Virus record (IMG/VR): IMGVR_UViG_3300042213_000019
Coordinates: 1 to 27,534 of that record
DNA: 27,534 nt
Direction: 5' to 3' (one strand)
DNA from: a virus
Lineage: Duplodnaviria > Caudoviricetes
Shown here: in pieces, positions 1-7,477 of the stretch
How positions within the stretch are numbered: position 1 is the first letter of the stretch
Layout of the letters: every line of letters begins with the position of its first letter
Program-made: the position numbers and the translations under genes
The notes under the pieces: model-generated
What the model was told of the DNA's origin: nothing
Database searches by the model: none
The model's input: the letters and a program-made list of their open reading frames with translations, nothing else

Positions 1-999
1 CCGGGCTCCCGGACAGCGGTAGCCGCCTCGGACGACGGGGATGACGACGACGACGATGCCGCTGACGACTCGGCGGAGGACGAAGACGAGTCGGAAGACA
101 GCGAATCGGAGGAAGAAGGAGAAGGGGAATCGGACGAGTCCGACGACGAGTCGGACGAATCGGACGACGAAGAGCAGGACGAGGAAGAGCAGGACGAAGA
201 TTCCGAGGACGAGGAAGAGGCCCAGGAGGTAGACGAGAAAGCTGTGGTCACCGTCAAAGTCGACGGCAAGACCGAAAAGCTGACTCTCGCCGAACTCAAG
301 AAGGGCTACTCCCGGACCAAGGTCTTCACCCAGCGGACCCAGGAAGCGGCAAAACTCCGGGCGGATGCCGAAGCTCTCAGTCGGCAGCTGGCGGAGGAGC
401 GGGCGCAGTTGGCCCAGGTGGCGGCCGCCCTGGAAACGCAGATGAAAACCGTCGAACCGGAGCCCGATTGGGCGAAACTCCGCGAGGAGGATCCGGTCGA
501 ATGGGCGGTCCAGAGGCAGATATGGAGCGAGAAGCAGGCCCAGCGTGACCGCGTCAAGGCGGTCGAGCAGGAACTGCTCCGGCGCAACACGGAAGCCCAG
601 CAGGCCACTCTGCAGAGCACCCTCGCCGAGGAGCGAACCAAGCTCCTGGAGAGGATTCCGGAGTGGAAGGATGAGAAGAAGGCCGCCAAGGAGATGAAGG
701 AGATCCGGCAGTTCATGGCGTCGGTCGGTTTCTCCGAGGACGAGATGGCGCAGATTTACGACCACAGGGCGGTGCTCGTTCTCCGGAACGCGGCTCGCCT
801 GGCAGACATGGTCAAGCGCCAGAAGTCGTTGGAGAAGAGCGGTCGGCCCGTGAAGGTCGTGCAGAAAACGCTTGTTCCCGGTCGCGATCGCGGTCGCAAG
901 GGGTCAGGCAGCAACGCGCGAGCGGCATTGAGCCAGCTTCGCAAGACGAACTCGGAAGCCGACGGGGTAAAGGCCCTGCTCGAACTCGGGATCGTCTGA
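1..999 (+). CDS. Capsid scaffolding protein (5' partial)
   Basis: The frame of the 244..999 ORF is open back to base 1 and encodes a long D/E tract, then TVKVDGKTEKLTLAELKKGYSR, a coiled coil and a basic C-terminus. It lies directly upstream of the capsid gene. Confidence 0.85.
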   Translation, partial: PGSRTAVAASDDGDDDDDDAADDSAEDEDESEDSESEEEGEGESDESDDESDESDDEEQDEEEQDEDSEDEEEAQEVDEKAVVTVKVDGKTEKLTLAELKKGYSRTKVFTQRTQEAAKLRADAEALSRQLAEERAQLAQVAAALETQMKTVEPEPDWAKLREEDPVEWAVQRQIWSEKQAQRDRVKAVEQELLRRNTEAQQATLQSTLAEERTKLLERIPEWKDEKKAAKEMKEIRQFMASVGFSEDEMAQIYDHRAVLVLRNAARLADMVKRQKSLEKSGRPVKVVQKTLVPGRDRGRKGSGSNARAALSQLRKTNSEADGVKALLELGIV

Positions 1000-1025
1000 C
1001 CCAAACCAAGGAGTAGAGGACTACA

Positions 1026-1997
1026 ATGGCACCCCCTACAGGGATTTTCCAGAAATACAGCGCGGTGGGTCTGCGGGAAGCGCTGTCGGACGTCATCGCG
1101 AACATCGACCCGGAAGAGACGCCAGTCTTCTCCAATGCGGGTCGGGAGACGGTGAAGAACACCGACTTCGAGTGGCAGACCGACAGCCTCGAAGCAGTCG
1201 ACGTGGACAACGCACACGTCGACGGTGATGACGTGTCGACGTTCGACGCGGTCACTCCGACCGTGCGGCTGAAGAACTACACCCAGATCTCGCGCAAGAC
1301 GCTCGTGATCCCGGGTACGCTCGAAGCGATCGAGAAGGCTGGTCGCAAGAGCGAGATCGCGTACCAGATGGTCAAGCGCGGCAAGGAGATGCGCCGTGAC
1401 ATGGAGACCATCATCACCGCCAACCAGGCCGGCGTTGCCGGTGACGGTACGGTCACTCCGCGCCGGACTGGTTCGCTGCTCGCCTTCCTGAAGACCAACA
1501 CCGATTTCGGTGTCGGTGGCGTGGATCCGGTGTATACCAACACCCCGAACGCTACCCGGACGGATGGCACCCAGCGGAACTTCACGGAAGCGCTCATCAA
1601 GACGGTCGCTCACTCGATCTGGTCGAGTGGCGGCTCTCTGAAGATGATCGTCGTGGGGGGCACGCTGAAGCAGGTCTTCTCGACCTTCACGGGCATCGCT
1701 GACATCCGGCTGAACGCCCAGGGCGCGCGTCCGACCACCATCATCGGTGCGGCGGACGTGTACGTGACCGACTTCGGCAACCTGTCGGTCGTGCCGAACC
1801 GCTTCATGCGGAACCGGGACGCTCTCTTCCTGGACCCGTCGTACTACTCGATCGTGAATCTCCGCTCGCTCAAGGTGGAGGACCTCGCGAAGACTGGCGA
1901 CGCTCACAAGAAGATGATGATCGTCGAGTGGGGACTGAAGGTGAAGACCGAGAAGGCTCTCGGCGGCGTCTTCGACCTGAACCCGGTCTCGGTCTGA
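1026..1997 (+). CDS. Major capsid protein (DUF5309/SU10-like, HK97 fold)
   Basis: 323 aa with REALSDVIANIDPEETP, FEWQTDSL, NYTQISRK, DVYVTDFG, VPNRFM and LAKTGD motifs. Strong RBS (AAGGAG..GAGGA) and highly biased codons. Confidence 0.93.
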   Translation: MAPPTGIFQKYSAVGLREALSDVIANIDPEETPVFSNAGRETVKNTDFEWQTDSLEAVDVDNAHVDGDDVSTFDAVTPTVRLKNYTQISRKTLVIPGTLEAIEKAGRKSEIAYQMVKRGKEMRRDMETIITANQAGVAGDGTVTPRRTGSLLAFLKTNTDFGVGGVDPVYTNTPNATRTDGTQRNFTEALIKTVAHSIWSSGGSLKMIVVGGTLKQVFSTFTGIADIRLNAQGARPTTIIGAADVYVTDFGNLSVVPNRFMRNRDALFLDPSYYSIVNLRSLKVEDLAKTGDAHKKMMIVEWGLKVKTEKALGGVFDLNPVSV

Positions 1998-2021
1998 TCG
2001 GGTAGCTCGGGGGGAATGAAT

Positions 2022-2058
2022 GGTGTTTTATAGTCCGGGAAAGGGACTATAAAACACC
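2022..2058. repeat. Perfect 15-bp inverted repeat (hairpin) after the capsid gene
   Basis: GGTGTTTTATAGTCC (2022-2036) / GGACTATAAAACACC (2044-2058) with a 7-nt loop, extendable by GGGGGA/TCCCCC across a bulge. No U-tract follows. Confidence 0.9.
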
Positions 2059-2073
2059 TCCCCCGTTGGCCGT

Positions 2074-2147
2074 GACTTTGTCGGGTAGGAGCCCTGGCGC
2101 GGTTGGGCGCAATGCGCTTGTTCCTGGTTCGATTCCGGGCAGGGTTT
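2074..2147 (+). ncRNA. tRNA-like element (canonical T-arm and 7-bp acceptor-like stem, non-canonical core, no CCA)
   Basis: CCTGG-TTCGATT-CCGGG at 2123-2139 is followed directly by CAGGGTT (2140-2146), which can pair with AGCCCTG (2090-2096) or GACTTTG (2074-2080). Confidence 0.45.
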
Positions 2148-2198
2148 TCGTGGAGTATGAACGTTGTTTCATGCAGGTTGACGGAGGCGGGGCGAAGC

Positions 2199-2513
2199 AT
2201 GATTGAGACTCTCCCGTGGGAAGTGGACCCGGAGACGGGCGCGGAGACCAAGCGCTTTCACTACGATTACTCCGACGACTCGATTACGATCGAGGACCTG
2301 ATCGACATCGACACCATCGGCGCGTTCAACTACGAGGCCCGGAAGCAGAACACCGGGCGGTTCGCGGATGGGATGCACTGGATCGGTTCGATCCCCCTGC
2401 CGATCTACCAGCGCCTGCAGAAACGCGGGGTGTTTGACGACCCCAAGGAGTTCCGGAAGTGGTGGCTGTCGGATGAATCCCTGCCGTTCCGTGGCCGCGA
2501 CATGAGGGTCTGA
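2199..2513 (+). CDS. Hypothetical virion-associated protein (104 aa)
   Basis: ATG at 2199 preceded by GGAGG at 2183, with phage-like codon use. The longer 2103 start would run through the structured RNA region. Confidence 0.75.
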   Translation: MIETLPWEVDPETGAETKRFHYDYSDDSITIEDLIDIDTIGAFNYEARKQNTGRFADGMHWIGSIPLPIYQRLQKRGVFDDPKEFRKWWLSDESLPFRGRDMRV

Positions 2514-2516
2514 CGC

Positions 2517-3149
2517 ATGTCTCTTGATGGCACCTACAACGGCCTGCTGGACTCGATGGCCTCCTGGCTCAACCGGGATGACCTCACCTCGTATTTGCCG
2601 GACTTCGTCGCCCTCTTCGAGGCGGAGTTCGAGCGCGACGTGCGCGTGCGGGAGATGCTGGTGCGCGCCGTCACGGTGCCGCCGGCCGACGAACCGAGGG
2701 AGAATCTTCCAGGGGATTTCCTGGAGTTGAAGTCTCTTCAGTTCAACAGCAACCCCCCGGTCGTGCCCGAGCAGGCGACGAGTGCCTGGATCCGTGCGTA
2801 CCGCCGACAGAGCGGCGCTGAGCAGGGGGTTCCCACGTTCTACACGATCGAGGGGAACCAGTTCTTGTTCAACCGGACGCCGGTTGGCACGGAACTGGAG
2901 ATCGTCTATTACGCGACGCTGCCCCGTCTGGGTCCGAGTCAGGACACCAACTGGCTCCTGTCGGGGCACCCGGACATCTACCTGTACGGCTCCCTGAAGC
3001 ACTCGGCGCCGTTCCTGAAGGATGACGAACGGATCGCCCTGTGGGGCGCGCTGACTGATTCCGCCATCCAGGCACTGCTTCGCCGTGACGTGCGGGGGCA
3101 GTTCAACGCCGCGCCGGTTCGCATTCGGTCAAGAAGGGTGATGCCCTGA
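2517..3149 (+). CDS. Head-tail adaptor / tail tubular protein A-like
   Basis: 210 aa with WLNRDDL, PDFVALFEAE, LPGDFLE, NWLL..HPDIYLYGSL and DDERIALW motifs typical of podovirus adaptors. Position after the capsid gene fits. Confidence 0.78.
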   Translation: MSLDGTYNGLLDSMASWLNRDDLTSYLPDFVALFEAEFERDVRVREMLVRAVTVPPADEPRENLPGDFLELKSLQFNSNPPVVPEQATSAWIRAYRRQSGAEQGVPTFYTIEGNQFLFNRTPVGTELEIVYYATLPRLGPSQDTNWLLSGHPDIYLYGSLKHSAPFLKDDERIALWGALTDSAIQALLRRDVRGQFNAAPVRIRSRRVMP

Positions 3150-3760
3150 TGCCTTGGACCCCTCTGTCGAGCCCGAGTACGACGTGGCAGCAGGTCGCGC
3201 CGGGGGCCGGTAGCACCTTGACACTGCTCGATCTGATCTCGGCGCAGGCCGCCGCTGCGGAAGCGGCGGCGGCCGCGGCTTCTCTCTCGGCTTCGGAGAT
3301 AGTTACCCTGTCGTCGGTGGTGGCCGGCCAGGTGTCCGCTGCGGAAGGTTCTGCGGAAGCCGCGGAAGCGGCTGCCATGACCGCCCAGACGCTCGCGACT
3401 CAGGTAGCTGGGGCTTTGGTAGCTGCGGAGGGTTTGGCGGGGGTGGTGGGAGTGGCCGCGGCTAATGGAGATTTGGTGGTGGGGTCCTCGGTTGGGGATT
3501 TAGTGCTTCACCCGGCCGGGGGTGCCGTTCGGGTTTCTCTCGACGGGGGCCTCAGTTCTTCGATGGACGTGACGGCTACTTTTGTCAACCTGACTTCCGT
3601 TCGAGTCAATGACGGGGGATTCATCAAAGTCGCTCGGGTGACCACGACTCAGAAAAACGCGCTGGCGAGTCCGGTGGGCGGGCAGTTGGTGTACGACACG
3701 ACGCTCAACGCGCTGTCGGTGTACGATGGGACCTCGTGGCGGACGCTCACGATGTCGTAG
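3149..3760 (+). CDS. Putative fibre/needle-like structural protein
   Basis: Ala-rich coiled coil, then C-terminal TTTQKNALASPVGGQLVYDTTLN..YDGTSW fibre-type motif. TGATG-coupled to the adaptor gene. Confidence 0.6.
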   Translation: MPWTPLSSPSTTWQQVAPGAGSTLTLLDLISAQAAAAEAAAAAASLSASEIVTLSSVVAGQVSAAEGSAEAAEAAAMTAQTLATQVAGALVAAEGLAGVVGVAAANGDLVVGSSVGDLVLHPAGGAVRVSLDGGLSSSMDVTATFVNLTSVRVNDGGFIKVARVTTTQKNALASPVGGQLVYDTTLNALSVYDGTSWRTLTMS

Positions 3761-3843
3761 GAACAGGGTAGTATCTTGTTTGTAGTACCCCGGAAAAGGG
3801 GGCCAACGGGGTAGAGTACCCCCTTACAGGCAGAGGAGGAAGG

Positions 3844-4167
3844 GTGAGCCGGATTGAAGGGTTTGGGTCGCTGGCGGGAGTGGGGCAGGCGGTATCGCTT
3901 TCTCCGCGAGATGCGCGATCTAACGGGGGCCTCGCGGCCCAGGTGGAGGGTACGTTCGTTGGCACGGTGACCTTCGAGGGGTCGCTGAACGGGGTGACGT
4001 ATTTCCCGGTCGCTGCGACGAACGTGAGCACGGGGGCGCTGGCCTCCACAACCACGGCGCCGGGGCTTTACCGGGCGGAAGTGGTAGGGGGCATGACGTT
4101 CCGGGCGCGGATGTCGGCGTACACGAGTGGCACGGCGGACGTGAAGCTGGTTGGGTTCGAGGGATGA
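3844..4167 (+). CDS. Small beta-rich putative structural protein
   Basis: 107 aa, GTG start after GAGGAGGA. GTFVGTVTFEGSLNGVTYF and FRARMSAYTSGTA indicate a beta-sandwich pattern. Confidence 0.7.
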   Translation: MSRIEGFGSLAGVGQAVSLSPRDARSNGGLAAQVEGTFVGTVTFEGSLNGVTYFPVAATNVSTGALASTTTAPGLYRAEVVGGMTFRARMSAYTSGTADVKLVGFEG

Positions 4168-4316
4168 AGATTTCTTCCCCCCGGCGGCGCCGTCGTAGTG
4201 GGGGAAGCGACCCTATCCCCTTGCCCCCGGCGAGTGGTTCGACTATCCTGCTGGAAACTTCCGATGCGCTCCTTTTGGAGGGCAGCGGGTCACTTGAACT
4301 GGAGGACGCGGCGTAA
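4164..4316 (+). CDS. 50-aa small protein with LLE repeats (not in ORF track)
   Basis: MKISSPRRRRRSGGSDPIPLPPASGSTILLETSDALLLEGSGSLELEDAA. ATGA overlap upstream and TAATG overlap downstream fill the gap exactly. Confidence 0.75.
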   Translation: MKISSPRRRRRSGGSDPIPLPPASGSTILLETSDALLLEGSGSLELEDAA

Positions 4317-4984
4317 TGGCCGACACCAAGATTTCGGGCCTTGCCCCCCTCCTGGCGGTGGACGCGGCGGGGGCGGATTACCTCCCCGTCGTGGACGCTA
4401 GTCTTGTCGCTGGTTCGCCGGCCACAGCGAACAAGCGGATGACGCTGACCGAGTTGGCCGCGTTTGTCGGAAGCGGCGCGGGAGGCGGCGACACTCTCCT
4501 GATCGGCACCGTCGCCCCGACGACCGAGGGCGTGGATGGCGACTTCTACTACCGGATCACCACCGGCGAGAACTGGGGTCCGAAGACCGCGGGCTCGTGG
4601 GGTTCACCGATCTCGAACCTCACCGGCGAGTCGTGGTTCAGCCGTCAGCAGACCGTTTCTATCGTCTCCGGGGTCGTCACCGTGGACTACACCGCCGGTC
4701 GCCTGGTGGTCGTGCCGGTGACGGCCAACATCACCAGTTTCGTCATCAACAACTTCCCGGCAGATGGCCTGCCGGGGTCGCTGACCTTCCGGTTCATGAT
4801 CGGTGCGGGTGGCCCGTTCACGATTGCGTGGCCCACGCTCGGCACCGTGATCCGGGCTGAGGAGGCGGCGGTGCCGGTGGTGCCGACCACGAACGGCGCG
4901 GTACTGATGGTGACGATGTTCAGCAACGATGCGCGGGCAACGACCGATCTCCTGATCGGCGCATCCAACCTCCTGCCGGTCTGA
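4316..4984 (+). CDS. Tail fibre/adaptor protein 1
   Basis: MADTKISGL..DYLPVVD..NKRMTL N-terminus, GVDGDFY..WGPK..W motif and a C-terminal beta domain resembling that of 7474..8232. GGAGG RBS. Confidence 0.7.
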   Translation: MADTKISGLAPLLAVDAAGADYLPVVDASLVAGSPATANKRMTLTELAAFVGSGAGGGDTLLIGTVAPTTEGVDGDFYYRITTGENWGPKTAGSWGSPISNLTGESWFSRQQTVSIVSGVVTVDYTAGRLVVVPVTANITSFVINNFPADGLPGSLTFRFMIGAGGPFTIAWPTLGTVIRAEEAAVPVVPTTNGAVLMVTMFSNDARATTDLLIGASNLLPV

Positions 4985-4987
4985 CCC

Positions 4988-6661
4988 GTGGGCCTCACCT
5001 TCCTCCCCGGCACTACACGCGACGGCTTCGCCACCGTGATTCACGGCAAGGCGTGGCGGTTCGACGGCGGCGCGGCGATCACCCGGATGTCCTCCGGGTG
5101 GCCCTGTACGCCGGGACTGGTGACTCCAGAAAACATCAGCAACGTGCGTGGATTCCTCGATGGGGCCGAAGTACCGATTGCGGTTTCTCCGCTACGGGGT
5201 AAGCATCCAGATGGATCGTTCCGCGCTATCGGGGTGCAATGCCGGGGAGTCGCGTCATTCGTACAGCGAGCGTTTCGGATCGAGGTGTGGAGCACACCTC
5301 GCAGCGGGGCCAACACGCTTCCCTGGATCGAACCTACCTACGACGTACCAGTAGGAGAGGACGCGACCGATTGGCCCGCGATGACGCAGCAGACTGCGAT
5401 TGCGCCTTCTGATCCCGTGTATCTCTGTGCCACGAATGTCGCATTTCAGACTTTGCAACCACAGAGTTTGGATGTTGGCCTCGCGGCGAGCAACTTCGGG
5501 GTCGGCAATGGAAGTGAGTGGGATGTGTGGGTGGCGACGCTGCCGTTTCCCGCCATTACTGTCTCAACCTACGAGTTTATTCACGGGTTCTACACGGCCT
5601 ATCTTCGCTCCGGCTCGCGTGCAATGTATGAGAGAGCACAAAAAGAGCTTGTGAACCAACTAGTGTTCAAATCTAATTACACGATAGGGTCTGACCAAGT
5701 AAATACCGTTGGCGGGTCACCGTTCGCCAATGTATATGGCCCTGACCCCACCCTACCCCCGGGGCCTCCGGGAAACTCCGGACTCTATTCGGAGCAGCAT
5801 AGCCAGATTACGATGAGTTGGGCTACGGGCTATTTGATGACTGCGTGGAAACACCCGTGGCGTCACATCTGCCATAAACTATCCTGGCAGGCGGGGTCAC
5901 TGCTTTCTGATTTGTCCGCTACATGGGGGATTCGGTTCAATCTCGGTATTGGGGACTTCCAAATCCTGCAAGCAGCGTATGTGGTTGAGGCCACTATGCA
6001 GGTTCCTAGTCCTCCTAGTGGATACGGGGCAGGGCGTGACCCGAACGTAATGACATTCGCCGCGCAGCTTCCGAACCTCCTGACGGTTCTTAGAAATCGG
6101 GTTTACACCGCGGCGTACGCGATTCCAGAACTTGCTGGGCTTCTCGGCCAGCGCCAAGACGCTACCGCGTCTTCGGACAATGGGCAAGTTGGTTCGCATA
6201 CCTTCTTCCAGGCGATGATTACGTCTCGTTTCCTGATTTTCTACTACAACAATATCGCGCCGGACGCAGCGATTCCAGCCGAGGTGAGAAAGCAGGCGGA
6301 CATCACGATTGCGTTCGCCACTGTGAACGGCAACGAAGCGTATTGGCGTTTCGAGTCTGACATCAACGACCCTTTCACTGCCGGGAACACCGATCCGTGG
6401 TGGTCAGGTTTCTATTCAGAGATGTTCGGGTTTGCTTATGCTACGGAAACAGATCCCGTTAAGAAGCAAACCTACTTTGAGTTCTTGGAGAGAGCTATGA
6501 ACCGGGCACAGTACAATGACTTTATCAAGAACGGGAAAGCTCTTGGTGAATACTTCGGGGCACAGCAGTCCGCTGCGTTCTACCATGCGGGGGGGCAACC
6601 GAGAAGTCTCGTTGGCGCTCACCCCACAGTCATCACTGAACCTCCGATCTGGACGAGTTAA
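4988..6661 (+). CDS. Putative receptor-binding protein / polysaccharide-lyase-like (PcRGLX/YetA-like N-terminus)
   Basis: 557 aa. SSGWPCTPG..GAEVP..HPDGSFRAIGVQ resembles the N-terminal barrel of YetA/exo-rhamnogalacturonan lyase-type proteins, followed by an aromatic-rich helical region. Visibly lower GC. Confidence 0.5.
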   Translation: MGLTFLPGTTRDGFATVIHGKAWRFDGGAAITRMSSGWPCTPGLVTPENISNVRGFLDGAEVPIAVSPLRGKHPDGSFRAIGVQCRGVASFVQRAFRIEVWSTPRSGANTLPWIEPTYDVPVGEDATDWPAMTQQTAIAPSDPVYLCATNVAFQTLQPQSLDVGLAASNFGVGNGSEWDVWVATLPFPAITVSTYEFIHGFYTAYLRSGSRAMYERAQKELVNQLVFKSNYTIGSDQVNTVGGSPFANVYGPDPTLPPGPPGNSGLYSEQHSQITMSWATGYLMTAWKHPWRHICHKLSWQAGSLLSDLSATWGIRFNLGIGDFQILQAAYVVEATMQVPSPPSGYGAGRDPNVMTFAAQLPNLLTVLRNRVYTAAYAIPELAGLLGQRQDATASSDNGQVGSHTFFQAMITSRFLIFYYNNIAPDAAIPAEVRKQADITIAFATVNGNEAYWRFESDINDPFTAGNTDPWWSGFYSEMFGFAYATETDPVKKQTYFEFLERAMNRAQYNDFIKNGKALGEYFGAQQSAAFYHAGGQPRSLVGAHPTVITEPPIWTS

Positions 6662-6663
6662 TC

Positions 6664-7377
6664 ATGGCGCTTACTCTCGTTGATGCCACTCAGAATCAGG
6701 AATCCAGCACGGACCCGTGGATTCAGGATATTCCTAAAGCCGTAGCGGTCGGGGACATCGTGTTTGTTGCTGCGCTCATTGCCGGTGGTACATCCAAGTT
6801 GTTTGGGACCGGGTTCAGCTTGAATGGAGCTTCTACCGCGACTGTAGGTCCTTGGACGACGATAATAAACAATTGGGCGACAGCATCCCCACCGCAGATC
6901 GAAGTGGCATTGGGATTCGCGATCGTACAGACTGCCGGGGACGTAGTAGTCTCTGCGGACATGAATAGCACGCGCGATGGCCGCCTTGTGGTTGCGATTC
7001 TGCGAGGTGCGGCGACAGCGGACATCTTTCCCGTCGTTGGTGTGGTTACTCGTGGCGTTGGTACCGCTCCCACGGCGGCGAGCGTAGCACCCGGTAAGGC
7101 CGGAGATTGGGTGATTTCCGTGATGTCTCACGTGGCGCTGGCTTCCACGTCAACGAAGACATCCGGGTCAATCAACATTGCGACGTTCAGTTCGACCTCA
7201 ACGTTTTCGGGAAATCCCGGTTTTGTGATTGAAGCATTCGAGGCCCCGGATACCACACCGATTGCCGGTGCTCCAACCGTCTCCACATCCGTCAGTTGGA
7301 CCGCACTCAACCTCGTGCTGTCGATGAAGCCCGAAGCGATTCTCGGCAAGACGATCTCGCGCGGATTGTATCTGTGA
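6664..7377 (+). CDS. Ser/Thr/Val-rich beta protein, putative minor tail component
   Basis: 237 aa with two similar halves (AVGDIVFVAA / KAGDWVISV). Lies in the lower-GC tail block. Confidence 0.6.
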   Translation: MALTLVDATQNQESSTDPWIQDIPKAVAVGDIVFVAALIAGGTSKLFGTGFSLNGASTATVGPWTTIINNWATASPPQIEVALGFAIVQTAGDVVVSADMNSTRDGRLVVAILRGAATADIFPVVGVVTRGVGTAPTAASVAPGKAGDWVISVMSHVALASTSTKTSGSINIATFSSTSTFSGNPGFVIEAFEAPDTTPIAGAPTVSTSVSWTALNLVLSMKPEAILGKTISRGLYL

Positions 7378-7399
7378 TCCATTTCTCAGGGAGGTTCTG

Positions 7400-7477
7400 A
7401 TGAATCCGATGTTCATTTTCGCACTCATTCTGGTCGTGGTGTCCGGCACGTACCTCGTGTGGGACCGTAACCGATGA
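7400..7477 (+). CDS. 25-aa single-pass membrane microprotein (not in ORF track)
   Basis: MNPMFIFALILVVVSGTYLVWDRNR. AGGGAGG RBS at 7388-7394; the stop overlaps the next start (ATGA). Confidence 0.72.
   Translation: MNPMFIFALILVVVSGTYLVWDRNR

Noticed and set aside
41-232. 63-aa Thr/Arg/Lys-rich ORF
   Set aside because: It is the +1 frame shadow of the GAC/GAG acidic tract of the scaffold gene.
31-240. Short GACGA-type repeats, including GAAGAGCAGGACGA twice
   Set aside because: Explained by Asp/Glu low-complexity coding. No repeat-spacer structure, so not a CRISPR array.
1960-2000. Programmed frameshift or read-through extending the capsid protein
   Set aside because: No slippery heptamer before the stop and no convincing extension ORF after it.
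2074-2147. Canonical tRNA gene
   Set aside because: No 7-nt anticodon loop with U33, abnormal D-arm and no CCA. Kept only as tRNA-like.
2103-2198. N-terminal extension of the 2103..2513 ORF
   Set aside because: TTG start without a clear RBS inside the structured RNA. ATG 2199 has a GGAGG RBS.
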